From contig CBFFRP010000281.1 in assembly GCA_965644295.1 (NCBI GenBank), positions 310,001-374,000 of the forward strand: a DNA stretch of 64,000 nucleotides, written 5' to 3'. Below are positions 27,024 to 40,049 of this stretch, piece after piece (position 1 is the stretch's first letter; every line of letters begins with the position of its first letter). The notes beneath the pieces were generated by a model. It saw nothing but the letters and a program-made list of their open reading frames with translations, searched no databases and was not told the origin of the DNA. A program made the translations under genes and the position numbers. The stretch comes from Paraphysomonas bandaiensis (lineage: Eukaryota; Protista; Chrysophyceae).

Positions 27024-27580
27024 AACTAAAGAATTTTAGGGTTAAATTTATGTATATAATTCGTTTTCTTCTATTTTTGTAGCCACGTGCTGGACATGAA
27101 AGGTTGCTTTGGACAGTACTGATATATAATGCGTTTATAATATTACCGATTACTCGAATGTACAGCTGGCAATAACATTTTAAGTTTAGTCATGTATCTT
27201 ATGGTATAGCGAGTTATGAATCTCAGAATACGGAGTGTAGTTTAAAACTCACATGGAGCTGGTTATGTTGGCATATAGCCGTTTGCCAGATAGCTATCAG
27301 CACCTACTCCAGGGCCTGGTAACTGGTAACCATAAATGGCCCAGTAATGGTAGTCCTGTTCCCGGCAATTATAGTGACATTAATGAAAAATTAGGTCATA
27401 CTCTAGTAATTTATGATTCTTTGCTGACATTACGTTAATAACAACAGTTCAGTTCCTTAATACTTAAAAAATAGACAGTATCATTTTACAACTTATCAGA
27501 GGTTCGGGAAAAAACACATTTGTATTGGGTTTTGAACATTTTACTTATTTAGATCGTGAAAGGAAAGTTATGTCGTTAGA

Positions 27581-27674
27581 CTAGATCGACCCTCAACAAA
27601 GTCGGACTCGCACCTTTTCGTGGTGTTCTGGGTTAAGTAGCGGAGAGATTCTCTCTGGGAAACTAACGTGAGTC
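27581..27674 (+). ncRNA. Candidate HDV-like (R2-type) self-cleaving ribozyme core
   Basis: P2 GACTCGC (27605-11) pairs with GTGAGTC (27668-74). P3 ACC/GGT closes L3 TTTTCGT. P4 hairpin GGAGAG-ATT-CTCTCT. J4/2 CTAAC (27663-67). P1 is only imperfect (CTAGATC/GTTCTGG) and lies in the TSD. Confidence 0.45.
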
Positions 27675-28096
27675 GCAAACATAGTCAGCAGATATTCTTC
27701 TGCCCACTCATAGCCGAATGCTTGTGTGATACAAGGGACACCAATAAGTGTTACTTGTGTAGACGTCGTTGGGCCCTGACGAATAAACAGGCATCCGGAA
27801 ATGGGCCCACCTCAAGGGCATCCGGGACAGGGCCCACCTGAAGGTAACCGGGGTATTGGGCTGCCTGCTGAAGTCAAGCATCCGGGATGGTCTTCACCTT
27901 AAGGACTCAGAACGGAAGTGGTTGCTCCTTGGTGCTTGCGGCGACGCACAAGCAGCTTTCGTAGCGTTAAATAGTAGGATAATAGAGTTTGTACTGATTA
28001 GTCAGGTAGAGGTCTAACTAGGTTGACTAGCATTCATTTAGCTACTAAATCGGTGCAGGATATTAATGCCTATTGCTAAATAAAAAACTTTCAATA
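27590..28096 (+). mobile_element. ~507-bp non-autonomous retroelement (SINE/SIDE-like): unique structured head plus LINE-derived 3' tail
   Basis: 13-bp TSD with one mismatch (TAGACTAGATCGA 27577-27589 / TAGACTATATCGA 28097-28109). The last ~185 bp (from agaacggaagtgg at ~27909) match the LINE copies; the head matches only 11472-11985. No ORF. Confidence 0.85.
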
Positions 28097-28852
28097 TAGA
28101 CTATATCGATAATTATTCTTCCATTGGCAATTATGCATTGTCATGTAAAACATATCAACAACATAATTTTATACTTCTTCATGTCAACCTCTTCCATATC
28201 TTGAATCATTATGATACTTCAGTTTCACAGTTATAGCTATATAGTATATAGTAATTTTGACTGCGTATTACAGTTTTTCACATTGTCTATAACGTATTCT
28301 ACAGTTCTATCTTAGGGAAACATACATTTTCCAACAATTTCTGCATTATGGACAACAGTATCTATTTCAACATAGTGTCGAAAAAGAATATGGTATACAA
28401 CTGACAACTGATGTTAGTGAAACAAATAAATTCACATTTCACACAATTCATACCGTATTGCAGCATACAACTATAAAACTTAAAAGCATTACTTTTGTTA
28501 CGACTCTACGTTTACGGCAACTACTTCGTTTATTATACGAGTAATATACACGCTCATAAGCTTGTCTACGCCTGCCAAGAGTAGAACAGAATTTACTGAA
28601 GAACTACTCTCCCGTATTACAGAAAACAAAACACCTTTCTTATTTAAGGAAGAACGCATCATACAAGTATAGCTGTTACAATAACAGCCGTAAATAATAT
28701 ATACCATTCGGTCTATTTAGTAAACCAGCTACTTGTATCACATATTAACATTAGAGAATATTACAACTCTATCGAAATTAGAAATGACATGAGAAATTAG
28801 ACAGTGAAGAGAAAGAAGCTGTGAACATTTGATGCACACAAAAGACCAGACC

Positions 28853-30436
28853 TTATACCAAAGTTGTGCGCGAAATTTCGCTGACATGATTCCAGTCGGC
28901 AGGACTCTCAAAAAAGTTTTCATGGGATGGAATGCCACTGGCTGATGATTGTGATCTATTTCGTAAACACAAAGACTTCCAGTCAGGAGAAATTTGTCGA
29001 TACGTATCAGCCGTGTTGGATCTCTGAAGATTTAGCGAATTCCTCACGGGTTGTGTTTCTGAAGAATCGAAATTTGGTTCCGGTTGAGGTTCTGGTTGCC
29101 TTTCAAGTGGAGAAGTACACTTCTCTTCTTTTACCGGCTGCTTTGTTTTAGCGTTTTGTTTCGAAACCCGTCGACGTTTCTTCCTCTCATTGTTCGAGAA
29201 GCTCCCACGCTGCTGCCCCGTAAGAAACATTCCCCATCCTGCAAGTGACTCAGATGCCTTGTCCAGAACAGACTGCGATTGTAACGTTCTCGAGAAGTGA
29301 GATTGGCCTTCCGTGGTCTCCTCTTGCTGGACATCAATATGTCTCAGGTATATAGGAAGTATACCAGCCAGACGCTCTGATTCGTGAGTACGAAGTACCC
29401 CCCTTCTGCTAAGATCGTCTGCATTGGACTTTAACTTCAACGCAAAGTCTTCGGGTGATGTGACCATTCCTTTCTGAAGCATACAGTGGTAATTGCCGTT
29501 GTGAACCACTTCGTCCAACGAGCCTGGACAGTCAATAAGAATAAGTGCACATTCGCACAACCACAACGCATCCGATTCCGAGCGCGCGTTCCGACTGAAC
29601 TTTCCATTAGGATTGGACTTTGAACCTTTACTCATCTGAACACGGAATGTATCACAAACCGTACCATATATGTGCTTGGGATGAAGTGGCGGTGCATCCT
29701 CCTGTCCTTCAACATTGCCCATCGTATCCTCTACTCGTCGTTCAGGCTTGCGTACTACCGAGCGCTCACGATGGACGGATACTAATAAATTTTGATCACT
29801 CTCATCGCAAATACTACGAATCATATCTGTGTCCTCAGGATTAAGTGGTACTAAGCATACACCATCTTCACTTTCAATGAGACGAAGAGGAATCGTCTTC
29901 TTACTTTCAGGTATGCTGACACGACAAGAACCCACAGGCTCCAAATCCGTTTTGACAGTAGGCTTTGAGGAAACATTTTTGTATGAGGCAACGTCACCTT
30001 GGGGGGCATACTCAGCATCACCAACTTCATTCTTGATAACAGGAGGTACAGCTGCAGCCCTAGGGCTACATATCGGAGATTTGGGAACATCATTAGGTTG
30101 AAAGTCCCGATTCATATCATTGATATCCTGTGCTCTAGGTGTGCTCCGCGTAGGTGGAAAGAATACGTTTCCTCCGAATACTTGTGGAGAACTAGACCAA
30201 GTGGACTCTATATCATCCAACTCAACACACATCTCAGATAAAAAATCAAAAGCACTTGATGTTGTACTTCTTGCTGAGTCCATTGAATCTGTATTGAAGT
30301 ACTTGAAGCTAAATGATCCTTTACTGCTTCTACTGCTACTGCAGAGATGATTTCTTGGACTGACATACTGAAAAGATTCACAGCTGCCGAGTCTTCCAAT
30401 ACTTTCCCAAGCGCTATTTCGTGGGGTACTTTGCAT
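28853..30436 (-). CDS. Hypothetical 527-aa protein, possible nuclear/DNA-binding factor
   Basis: Long single-exon ORF; mostly disordered, with one globular segment (KHIYGTVCDTFRVQMSKG...SESDALWLCECALI) and NLS-like RKKRRR. Confidence 0.7.
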   Translation of the reverse strand: MQSTPRNSAWESIGRLGSCESFQYVSPRNHLCSSSRSSKGSFSFKYFNTDSMDSARSTTSSAFDFLSEMCVELDDIESTWSSSPQVFGGNVFFPPTRSTPRAQDINDMNRDFQPNDVPKSPICSPRAAAVPPVIKNEVGDAEYAPQGDVASYKNVSSKPTVKTDLEPVGSCRVSIPESKKTIPLRLIESEDGVCLVPLNPEDTDMIRSICDESDQNLLVSVHRERSVVRKPERRVEDTMGNVEGQEDAPPLHPKHIYGTVCDTFRVQMSKGSKSNPNGKFSRNARSESDALWLCECALILIDCPGSLDEVVHNGNYHCMLQKGMVTSPEDFALKLKSNADDLSRRGVLRTHESERLAGILPIYLRHIDVQQEETTEGQSHFSRTLQSQSVLDKASESLAGWGMFLTGQQRGSFSNNERKKRRRVSKQNAKTKQPVKEEKCTSPLERQPEPQPEPNFDSSETQPVRNSLNLQRSNTADTYRQISPDWKSLCLRNRSQSSASGIPSHENFFESPADWNHVSEISRTTLV

Positions 30437-31889
30437 GATGTTAAATATGATATGAAATCGTTTGATAATGAACCATATTGATAAGTGACCTCAATGCAAG
30501 ATATCGCACAACTATATAAGACGCACTGTATGCAATCGTACGTCAACCCATAAAACCCCTAACCGTCCAACAGAATGAGCCAATCATCGGACTGTATTTA
30601 CAAATACGTTGATATGTGTGGTACAGTGTATTTTGATTATACAATAATAGACTCTCCCAATTCATAATATACAGTCGTATTCCTGCTGTAGTCATAATAA
30701 AGTATGTCGAAAATATCGTACACAGTTCGCATGTCTATGAAGTGGACGTATCTTAGAGGGACACTTCAAGTTCATTGGCCATATCATATCAACACAACAT
30801 GATATAGATATAGATAGTAAATGTCAGATTATTAAGTAGTAGATGTTGTTTTGCATGATGAAGTTATTGTGAAAGCACCTGATGCAACCATTTCAGCTCA
30901 AGTCAATCAGGAGGGCGCCTTCACATGTATATATGTGCATACGGTGGTGTTGATCTAACATGTACGGCATGTAGCTGCTTCTTTATTCTCAATATATATA
31001 AATAATTTATTAAGCACTTTAAACGTCGAAATCGATATGATATATGTAACATAGAGCACTCATATTTGTAGCAGGAAATCATATGGTCCTGCATACACTG
31101 GCTTAAAATCCTGTAACTTGTTAGTTTAATTCTATGTGAAAGCGGGGTCTTGCATATATATTTCCACTGTTTAGTTTAGTGTGTAGCTTGAATATATACC
31201 ATATTAGTGATTGTAGTATATATACTTTTGAGTAGGAATAAGACTAGATGTTGTTTGTCTACATTCATGTGAACACAAGAGCATTGTTCCATTCCAATGG
31301 CATTCCCAAAAGTAGCGCTTATAATGATTACATTTTACTGGAATTTTACTAACCCTAATCGAATAGTGTGTACACAAGGCAACCCATCACGATTACTAAC
31401 CCAGTTAAAGCTAGTTCTGCTAGATTTCAGACGCTTGCAGAGCGAGTCTGCCTGTGTTTCATATGAGATGACCGAAGGGCCAAAATCTGCATGAAAATGG
31501 ATCAGAGTGTACAGCAGTTCGGCTACTCCCTTAATGCTAATTAAGCTGTTGAAGCTATTATATTGCACTGACAAGCAATAACAGACAGCTAAGTTTATTA
31601 TATGTTATGCAAGATGCAAGGAATTGTGTGAAGTAATGAGTATCACTTCCCCCTTAGTAGCTTCAAATTCTGTAATTCACTAAGTTTATGCTGTTTGCAT
31701 ATCTATATTGCTAGTCTACAATTGCATTCATGTTCGTACTGTTATCGTAGTGATAGTTGTCAGTCCCCAAACTATTCACAATGATTTGTCAATTAGTATA
31801 TCAGTCGTAGGAAGTTGAATCTAGTGTTACCGACGCGGACACATCCTACTACAAAGTCTCAAAACTACTACCAGTAAAGATGAGAGGAA

Positions 31890-33479
31890 TTACTTTGACT
31901 TGCGGTTAGCAGCTTCAATAGCCCGGAGTCGTTCTACCAAAGGCGGGTGGCTGAAGTGGTACAACGAATACAGTGAGTCAGGTACCATATTTCCGAGATT
32001 TTCAACACTGATTTTCACAAGGCCACTGCAGAGTTCTTTACCCATACCGAGGTCATTGGCGTACTTGTCAGCAGCAAACTCATTGGCCCGAGAATTGATA
32101 TTTAAGAAAAGATGTAACACCTGATGTATCACAGTGAGTATATGTAAAGAGTGATGTACGCGCAGACCTTCTCTACTGGCGACCATGCAGTCTGTACAAA
32201 CAGAGTAAGACCGATGAGCACAGGCATCGGTTCTATGTAAGTGAAACCGAAGCTGAGAAAAAGCCCAGGGGTGTTTTGCATGAAGGAAAACAACAGGAAA
32301 AGAGAGAAAATGTAAACCTGCAATGTAAATCGATGTAAAAATTATACACAGCACTGACAGGACTCATACCTGCGTAATGACAAAGCCTTGTATGGTATGC
32401 CAAAGCCTCCAGTGGCCAATTTCATGACCAAGAATGGAGAGTAGCTCAGGAAGCTCCACTTGCTCGATCAGGGTATCGAACAACACAATTCGCTTGCTCT
32501 GCAACATATCCACCATCATGTACAACACAAGAATTCCGTCAATAAGTAACATACCTTGAAGAAGCCGTAGAAATATGCGTTAGAATGCGCAGAGCGCTTG
32601 GAACCATCCACGACAAATATTTGTGTAAGTGGAAATGATACACGTGCTGCAAGCTTTTCGATTGCCTCATATATTGGCCCATCTTCGAGTTTAGTGTACT
32701 TGTTGAAAAGCGGGGCAATCAGAGTAGGATATACCATCATCATGATGACGCTAACAATACACAGAAAGAGCCACACGTAGAAGTAGAAATGCTTTCCTCC
32801 TAAGCGAATAAGCCATATAACAGCTGCAAGAATAGGCAGTCCTATTACTATTCCAAGTGCCAAACCGAGTACCTTGTCTCGGAAATAAAGAGCGAGGGTC
32901 TACGAAACAATTAAGGATATAGTACAGCTATGATATATACGACAAACACACCGTTTTGTTAAAGCCATGCTTTTGCTCCACAACAAATGTACTGTAAAGT
33001 GAAAACGGCAATCCAATTAATGTGTCATGCGTAGATAAAATGCAGACAAAAATCCAACTAGTTGCGATTTCCCGCCACAAGGAACCGGACGCGGCTGTCA
33101 CTATGCCCCAATCTTCTACACATCCAGATGCTATATCCCAAGCATATGGCATCCATCCCAGAAGAACAAGTACAATTCCCTCAATAAACATAAAAGATGC
33201 CTCCATCCTTCCAAAAGACAACTTGTCAGCGCAATAGCTGTTGCTCTTCTTAAACTTATCTTCTGGGACAACATCTTGCAACTCTTTTGGAAGTTTTTTA
33301 GCTGTACGATAGTTATTCAGTTGTCTTGAATCAAGATAAAACTCAAAAATAAAAACAGCTGTAGCGAATAAAATAGTTAATCCAAGATAAGGGATATCAA
33401 TGCCACTCTTCTCCCATCCTGGCTGCTTATACAGAGGGAAGTTCTCAGACAACTCCAAACTATCCAATAATGCCTGCAT
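31890..33479 (-). CDS. STE24: CAAX prenyl protease 1 (peptidase M48), multi-exon
   Basis: [40 protein letters not shown] (HExxH), [23 protein letters not shown]. Confidence 0.97.
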
Positions 33480-34031
33480 TATAATATTTCACTAGAATAT
33501 AATACTACAAAATAATAATATCACTATAGGTATTGAGTTAATCGAGATGTGATTAACTTACTTATATGTATGTGTTGAGAGGTCAAACCATTCCATTAAA
33601 CTAGTGCACTATTTGTATAGATGATGATGATGTACAATATACGTATATTTTATAATGTATTAAAATCCAGGTTTTCTAGATAATTGCTCTGAAAACTCTA
33701 GGTTTAAAAACCCCAGTCTATTTTTCATGTGCACCGGAACCTTTTCAGTTCATCAGGTCAAATGACTCTTAAAGATACCCAGAACGACAGTTAACTTTTA
33801 CTTTTTAATCTCTCATCCAACAGACATCCAGGTGTGTCTATATATACATACATATAGTAGTTGGGTCGAGTACATACATACATATATAGACATACATACA
33901 TACATGTATCGCCTTATCTATCTTTCAGTTTATATACATCGCCAGATGAATTAAACATCATCATATTCATATTCATATAGAATTCATTATCGATTAAAAC
34001 GTGAATGTAAATATCTTGAATCAATAATATC

Positions 34032-37000
34032 ATGAGAACAGTAAGAAGATCCCTATCTGGGGATAAGGTACATAGATATGTCTACTTAGAGATCTATACA
34101 TATATAACTCATTCATTATATATATAGGCAGCATTTCTAGCAGCACAACAAGAAGTTGATATTCAACAATCTGTATTAGATCAATTAAATGTATCACAAG
34201 CAAGAAAAGAGAATAGAGAATATTTAGATTCTATTGGTGGAATAGATGCTTTACTACAAAGACTTGGGACATCTGTATCAGATGGTTTGAATGATGCTAA
34301 AGTAGAACAAATGAGACTTGTTTTTGGACGTAATGCTTTCCCTGAATCTCCAATGAAGGGCTTTTTTACACTCTTTTTTGAGGCTTTTCAAGATACAACA
34401 CTGATTATTCTAATATGTGCTGCCATAGTTTCACTTGCTATTGGTATATGGGAGAGTGGGGCCGATGGATGGATTGAAGGTGGTGCCATTTTAATCGCTG
34501 TTTTTCTAGTGGCAAGTGTGTCGGCTGGAAACGATTATACCAAAGAGCTCCAGTTTCGTTCGTTGGAGAAGTCGTCACAAAATGATGAACGTTGCTCTGT
34601 TATTCGAAATGGTATTATCGAGCGTGTTAATCCCGTCGACCTTGTTGTAGGCGACATGATACTCCTGCAGGTTAGGGAAATTTAATTTTATTTGTTGCAC
34701 ATATAAGGTTATAATTCAGGCTGGTGATATGATTCCTGCGGATGCAATTGTCTGTGACCACAACCTAGTTATGGCTAATGAGTCAGCACTTACAGGAGAG
34801 TCAGATGATCTCAAGAAGTCTCGCGACAAAGATTGCTTTCTTTTATCTTCCTGTCTTCTCACTGAAGGCGAAGAATGTCGTGCTGTGGTTATCGGGATTG
34901 GGCCCAATTCCCAGTGGGGAAAGATTAAAGCCAATCTCGTCTCTGAAGCTGTCAACACTCCCCTGCAAGATAAGCTCGAGATCATGGCACAGCAAGTGAG
35001 TGCATTATTGGATTATATTTTCGCATCGTCACTGTTATCTATAGATTGGTTACGTTGGGTTGGTAGCTGCAGTAGGTACCTTTATTGCAATGGTGATCTC
35101 TATTTGGGCGCGCCATCATGGCGAAGACATCCTGGATGGCTTCATCGAAGCATTCATCCTGGCTGTTACCATTGTCGTAGTTGCTATTCCGGAGGGTCTT
35201 CCTCTTGCTGTTACTATCTCTCTTGCCTATTCGACCAAGAAGATGTACCAAGATCAGTGCTTCATCAGGGTTCTGGCTGCCTGTGAGACTATGGGTAACG
35301 CCACCAATATCTGCTCGGACAAGACCGGAACACTAACTGAGAACAGAATGACCGTTGTTGAGGGATACTTTGCAGACACAAAATACTCTCAGGATGAATT
35401 TTCCGGTATCCGTCTGAACAAAGAAGCTCAGAATATAATCGTTCAAAATGTGTGCATCAACCGTGTTGCCTACCTGGTGTACAAAGACTCTGACGGAAAG
35501 GATTTACATCGACCAAACATTATTGGCAGTAAGACAGAAGGAGCTCTAATTCTTATGGCCAAGGAATGGGGATTAGATTATGAGCAGATTAAGTTAGAGC
35601 ATTTCAATGAGCAAAATGACAGAATGTTTGCTTTTAACAGCGCCAAAAAACGTTCTACGGCTATCATTCATCGCCCGGATGGATCTATCCGCCTTTTGTG
35701 CAAGGGCGCCCCTGAGTGGGTGCTACGGGATTGTACCCACTATCTTCGGTCCGATGGAACTGCTGCCCCGCTGAATAGGAGCAAGAGAAGCGAAATTGAA
35801 GGTCATATCGTGGGCATGGCTAACAATGCTCTCCGCACCTTGTGTATAGCTCACAAAGACTTCCAACCTGGCACTATTCCTGACGACTGGCAAGAGAGTC
35901 CTCCCGATAGTGAGGGTCTTTGCTGTGACTGTGTTGTTGGGATTATTGACCCGCTTCGATCAGATGTTGTGGACGCTGTGCGCACTGCTCAGAATGCTGG
36001 TGTCACTGTTCGTATGGTTACTGGTGACAATCTTAACACTGCCGTTGCTATAGCGAAGCAGTGTGGTATTCTCACCGCAGATGGTCAGGCCATTGAGGGC
36101 CCCCAGTTCCGTTCTATGAAGCCAGCCGACGTGGATGCCATTCTTCCCAATCTTCAGGTAATGGCGAGATCGTCTCCTGATGACAAGTACCTTTTAGTTA
36201 CCCGATTGAACGGATTTGGCATTCCGAATAACAAGGAAGAGTGGGAAGAAAAGCATTCTGGACGAGATGGTGTTAGCTGGGAAACACACAAAGATTTACT
36301 GCTACCTGGATACAGGGAGGAATGGGAAGCCACCAGACCAGAGGGAGGACAGGTTGTTGGTGTTACTGGTGACGGGACGAATGATGCGCCCGCTTTGAAG
36401 GTAAGAATCTTATTCATTGGCACTCTTTGTAATTGTTTTTTGTAGGCCGCTGATGTTGGTTTGGCGATGGGTATTACCGGCACGAAAGTTGCACAAAGTG
36501 CCTCAGACATAGTTATTCTTGATGACAAGTTCAGTTCAATTGTTCGCGCCATCATGTGGGGTCGCTCAGTTTACGATAACATCAGAAAGTTTCTCCAATT
36601 TCAGCTCACTGTCAATGTCGTGGCGCTTCTCATTGTATTTATTGGTGCTTGTGCTGGCTTCGACCCCCCGCTAAATGCCGTTATGATGTTGTGGGTCAAT
36701 CTTATCATGGATACCTTAGGTGCACTCGCTTTGGGAACGGAGCTTCCGACTATGAAGGTGCTCGACAGGAAACCCTACAAGCGCAGCGCAACACTTGTAT
36801 CTCGTCCCATGATGAGGAATATTCTCGTCCAATCAGCCTTCCAGCTTATTCTGCTGCTAATACTGCTATTTTCCGGGGCAGGTCTTTTCAATATTCCTCG
36901 CGGCGAATCTTGCGCCCGTTTTGACACACGATCTACGACCGTCACGAGATGGAACTATGATTCCAACGACAAAGTTGATGCAGGCACTGGAGAGATCAGT

Positions 37001-37555
37001 TGTCAAACTTTCAACCAGATCTGTAGCGATAAAGACGAACAGTGTTTCAAGGAAAACCACAATACGGATGATGGTAAAGTTAACTTCAGTGATCTAGATG
37101 GGTTCAGGAGTGATTGTATTCGTGAGTGCCAAGAATTTGACTGGACACATGGATCCATCATGTTCAATACATTTGTCTTCTGTCAGATATTTAACGAGTA
37201 TACGTCCAAGGAGATTCACAGTGACTGGGATGTATTCTCCTCTATCGGTGGGAATTACATATTCATTTTTGTTACATTCCTTACGGTGGGGTTACAAATC
37301 ATGTTGATTGAAGTGGGCGGAGAATTTATCAAAACATCGCCGCTTACTCTTAATCAGTGGCTCATAACCATTGCCTTGGCATCCATATCAGTGCCCGTTG
37401 GAGTGTTAATGCGTTTTATTCCTGTGGAGGAAGATCCAGAAACATTTTTCGATAATTCTGACAGCATTGCAGAGGCTGCTGAACGAATGGGTGAACATGA
37501 TAAGCTTCTTTCATCTCCAAAGCATAATGGTGTCCAGTTGACTGAACAGGTGTAA
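34032..37555 (+). CDS. P-type IIB (PMCA-like) Ca2+-transporting ATPase, multi-exon
   Basis: ESALTGES, VVVAIPEGLPLAVT, ICSDKTGTLT, KGAPE, MVTGDN, TGDGTNDAPALK, MLWVNLIMDT. Confidence 0.97.
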
Positions 37556-38299
37556 TATAGGCACATTATGGTAACGCATATTGTACTGATGCGACGCACA
37601 TACGAGTGGTGCCGAAGCAACTAAGTGCATTCAAAAACAAAAATATGTGTTGTAGATCGTAGCGTTAATATGATTCTGAAATCTGATATATAGGGCAGTT
37701 ATTAAGCCCTCATTGTGCGGTTAATATTCTATTTGCTGAATTAATTGATCGCTAATTTCTAATCAACTGAGTAACATATGTATTAACTTTGCTTGTAAAA
37801 GGAGAACACACAAAGCTATATTAGATTCGTTTATCGTAGTTACCATAGAGTTGAGTAGTATTGCTATGCACAGTGAATTTTGAAGAATTGAGATTATGGC
37901 TAGCTGTATCGGATTAGAAAGAGTATTTAACTATTTTACATGTAAGAATATGAAACCTAGTAGCGCCATGATACTAGAACGCGACTACAAGAGGAATAAG
38001 AACCAGTATTTGAAAGCATATTATATATTATCTTGTGCAGTCGGTACTATATACTATACATAGGCATACAAGCACGATTATATTATCTATACAGCACACA
38101 ACACAGCCTCACGAGGATACAAGCCACGAGTGCAAGCATATATATATTTATGTAGCTATTGAGCGAATGTCAAATTTTGTGGCTAGAGGGAACTCTTTGT
38201 ACTACATGTATATCTTCTCTTTGAGGTCTGTATTTTAGTGTAAATCTACCTGGTGTTGTTGTTACAGCTAAAGTATATGGTTAATACATATAGAGCGAT

Positions 38300-38850
38300 A
38301 ACCGTCCTCAGTGATCTGGCCTTTACTACTGGGCTCTAGGTTTTTTGTTGTAGTCGAAGCCCTCTATCTGCGTAAAGCCTGGTTGGGCAGGCAATAATTT
38401 TGACTGAAATATGGCCCAGTCCCGTTTGACTTTCACTCTGAATACAAATTTTCCTTTTAATGGTGATGTTGAAGTTTGATGGTGTGACGTTTGATGGTTG
38501 TGTATGCCTGATAGTGCCTCGTCAATACAGTTGTTGTAGTAGGCATCGTGATAGTAGGAGTGATATTTTTATTGCGACGTTCATCATGTATGTGGGCTTC
38601 TCAATGCTCATCCTTTGTCCCATTGTCCTCATATTTATATGTTTACAGTCTTTCTTGTTATCCGTATACTCGGCCAAAGAGGAGACTCTACAGGGGAAAT
38701 ACTCGTAGTCTTCTGATCAGGGTCTTGCAATCGTCGATTGGGGTCATTGGGAGATTGGTAGCAAAAAGCCTTATATAGTTCTTGTTATGAGACTTTTTAT
38801 GACGGTGACATACGCATGCACACGACAGTATCTAAAAACCTAAGTCAATA
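38300..38850 (-). mobile_element. Decayed Ty1/copia pol fragment (start of reverse transcriptase)
   Basis: Minus strand 38460->38300 reads LKGKFVFRVK...GFTQIEGFDYN and, after a frameshift, SPVVKARSLR, matching the copia KWVF.K...GF.Q..G.DY.ET.APV motif. The boundary beyond 38460 is uncertain. Confidence 0.65.
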
Positions 38851-38980
38851 GTTATATCTTTGAAGTGCTTTTCGATCTCAGTCCATGGCCTTTTAACGTA
38901 TTTTTTCGGTTGCTGTCTCGATAATACTTTCAGCGTTCTCGTCTTGTAACCATCGCGCTAGAAAAAGCAGTAATCATAGA

Positions 38981-39469
38981 GAAACCCACCAATCATACCC
39001 CCAGGAATATATCACCGCCCTGCTAAAAACCCTCCGGCAACTCTAACTATGCCCGAGGCCCAAACAGTGCACTGAGACAGCGCCTCATTCACATTCCAAC
39101 TCCCCACCCAATCTCAGCCCACACACCTAGCACTCGGTACACTCAGGACCTTCCTACAGAACCCGGTACCACCACAAAGCCCTGTGGAGACTCATCCCAA
39201 GAGGAGACCCCCGGACAACACGCGCCAGTGAGTCCTAAGACACACGAGCATGTGGCGAAACTCACAATCAACATTAAGAACGGAAGTGAGCGCACCTTGG
39301 TGCTTGCGGCGACGCACAAGCAGCTTCTGTAGCGCTAAATAGTAGGATAATAGAGTTTGTGATGATTAGTTATGGATAGTGGTCTAAATAATCTGTGTAG
39401 CTTTCAACTAGCCACTACATTGGTGCAGATTTGTAACGCCTACTGTTACATAATAAGACCTTTTCAATA
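38981..39469 (+). mobile_element. 5'-truncated non-LTR retrotransposon copy C
   Basis: 13-bp TSD CAGTAATCATAGA (38968-38980 and 39470-39482); homologous to copies A and E with the same 3' end. Confidence 0.85.
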
Positions 39470-40049
39470 CAGTAATCATAGATAAATGTGTTCGTCTTAG
39501 TCATTTTCCCTGTTTAAGTGATCCTCGTCCGTTTCCTTTTCTGGCGTATGGGTTCTATGGTGGATGATATTATAGAGATATATAAATAGAGAATCCGGTA
39601 ACTCTAATGAATGAGAACAATAGATAGGACATTAAGAGTCAATACGTGATGGGTGCAGTTTGGGATTTAATGATGAACAAATCTCAAGAAGTGTGGGATT
39701 CTATGATAGATTCGTCCATGTACGAGATGGCGGTAACCAATACTATTTTAACACGCAGCTACCTCTGCTGACTTTAGTAATATGCCGAGATGATTGCTGT
39801 ATTATGCATTATAGGAGTCCAGCACACACTGTTGCTTTTGCATAATCACACTGTGTTTGCAATAATTACAATGTGTCAGATCCACTCACGATTACTATAG
39901 ACTTTAATATTTAGAAAACCACGAGAAGCTACGACCTGACTAACGACAAATGGGACATCTAATCTCCATAAAAGAGCAGTATATTTACGAAAATAAAAAT
40001 AAAATTCGGAATAGGTCAGTTATACTGTCTTGTTTCGGCATCATAATAT

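Noticed and set aside
27604-27614. B-box-like GGTGCGAGTCC suggesting a tRNA-derived SINE
   Set aside because: It lies on the strand opposite to the element's orientation, has a mismatch at a conserved T, and has no A box or cloverleaf.
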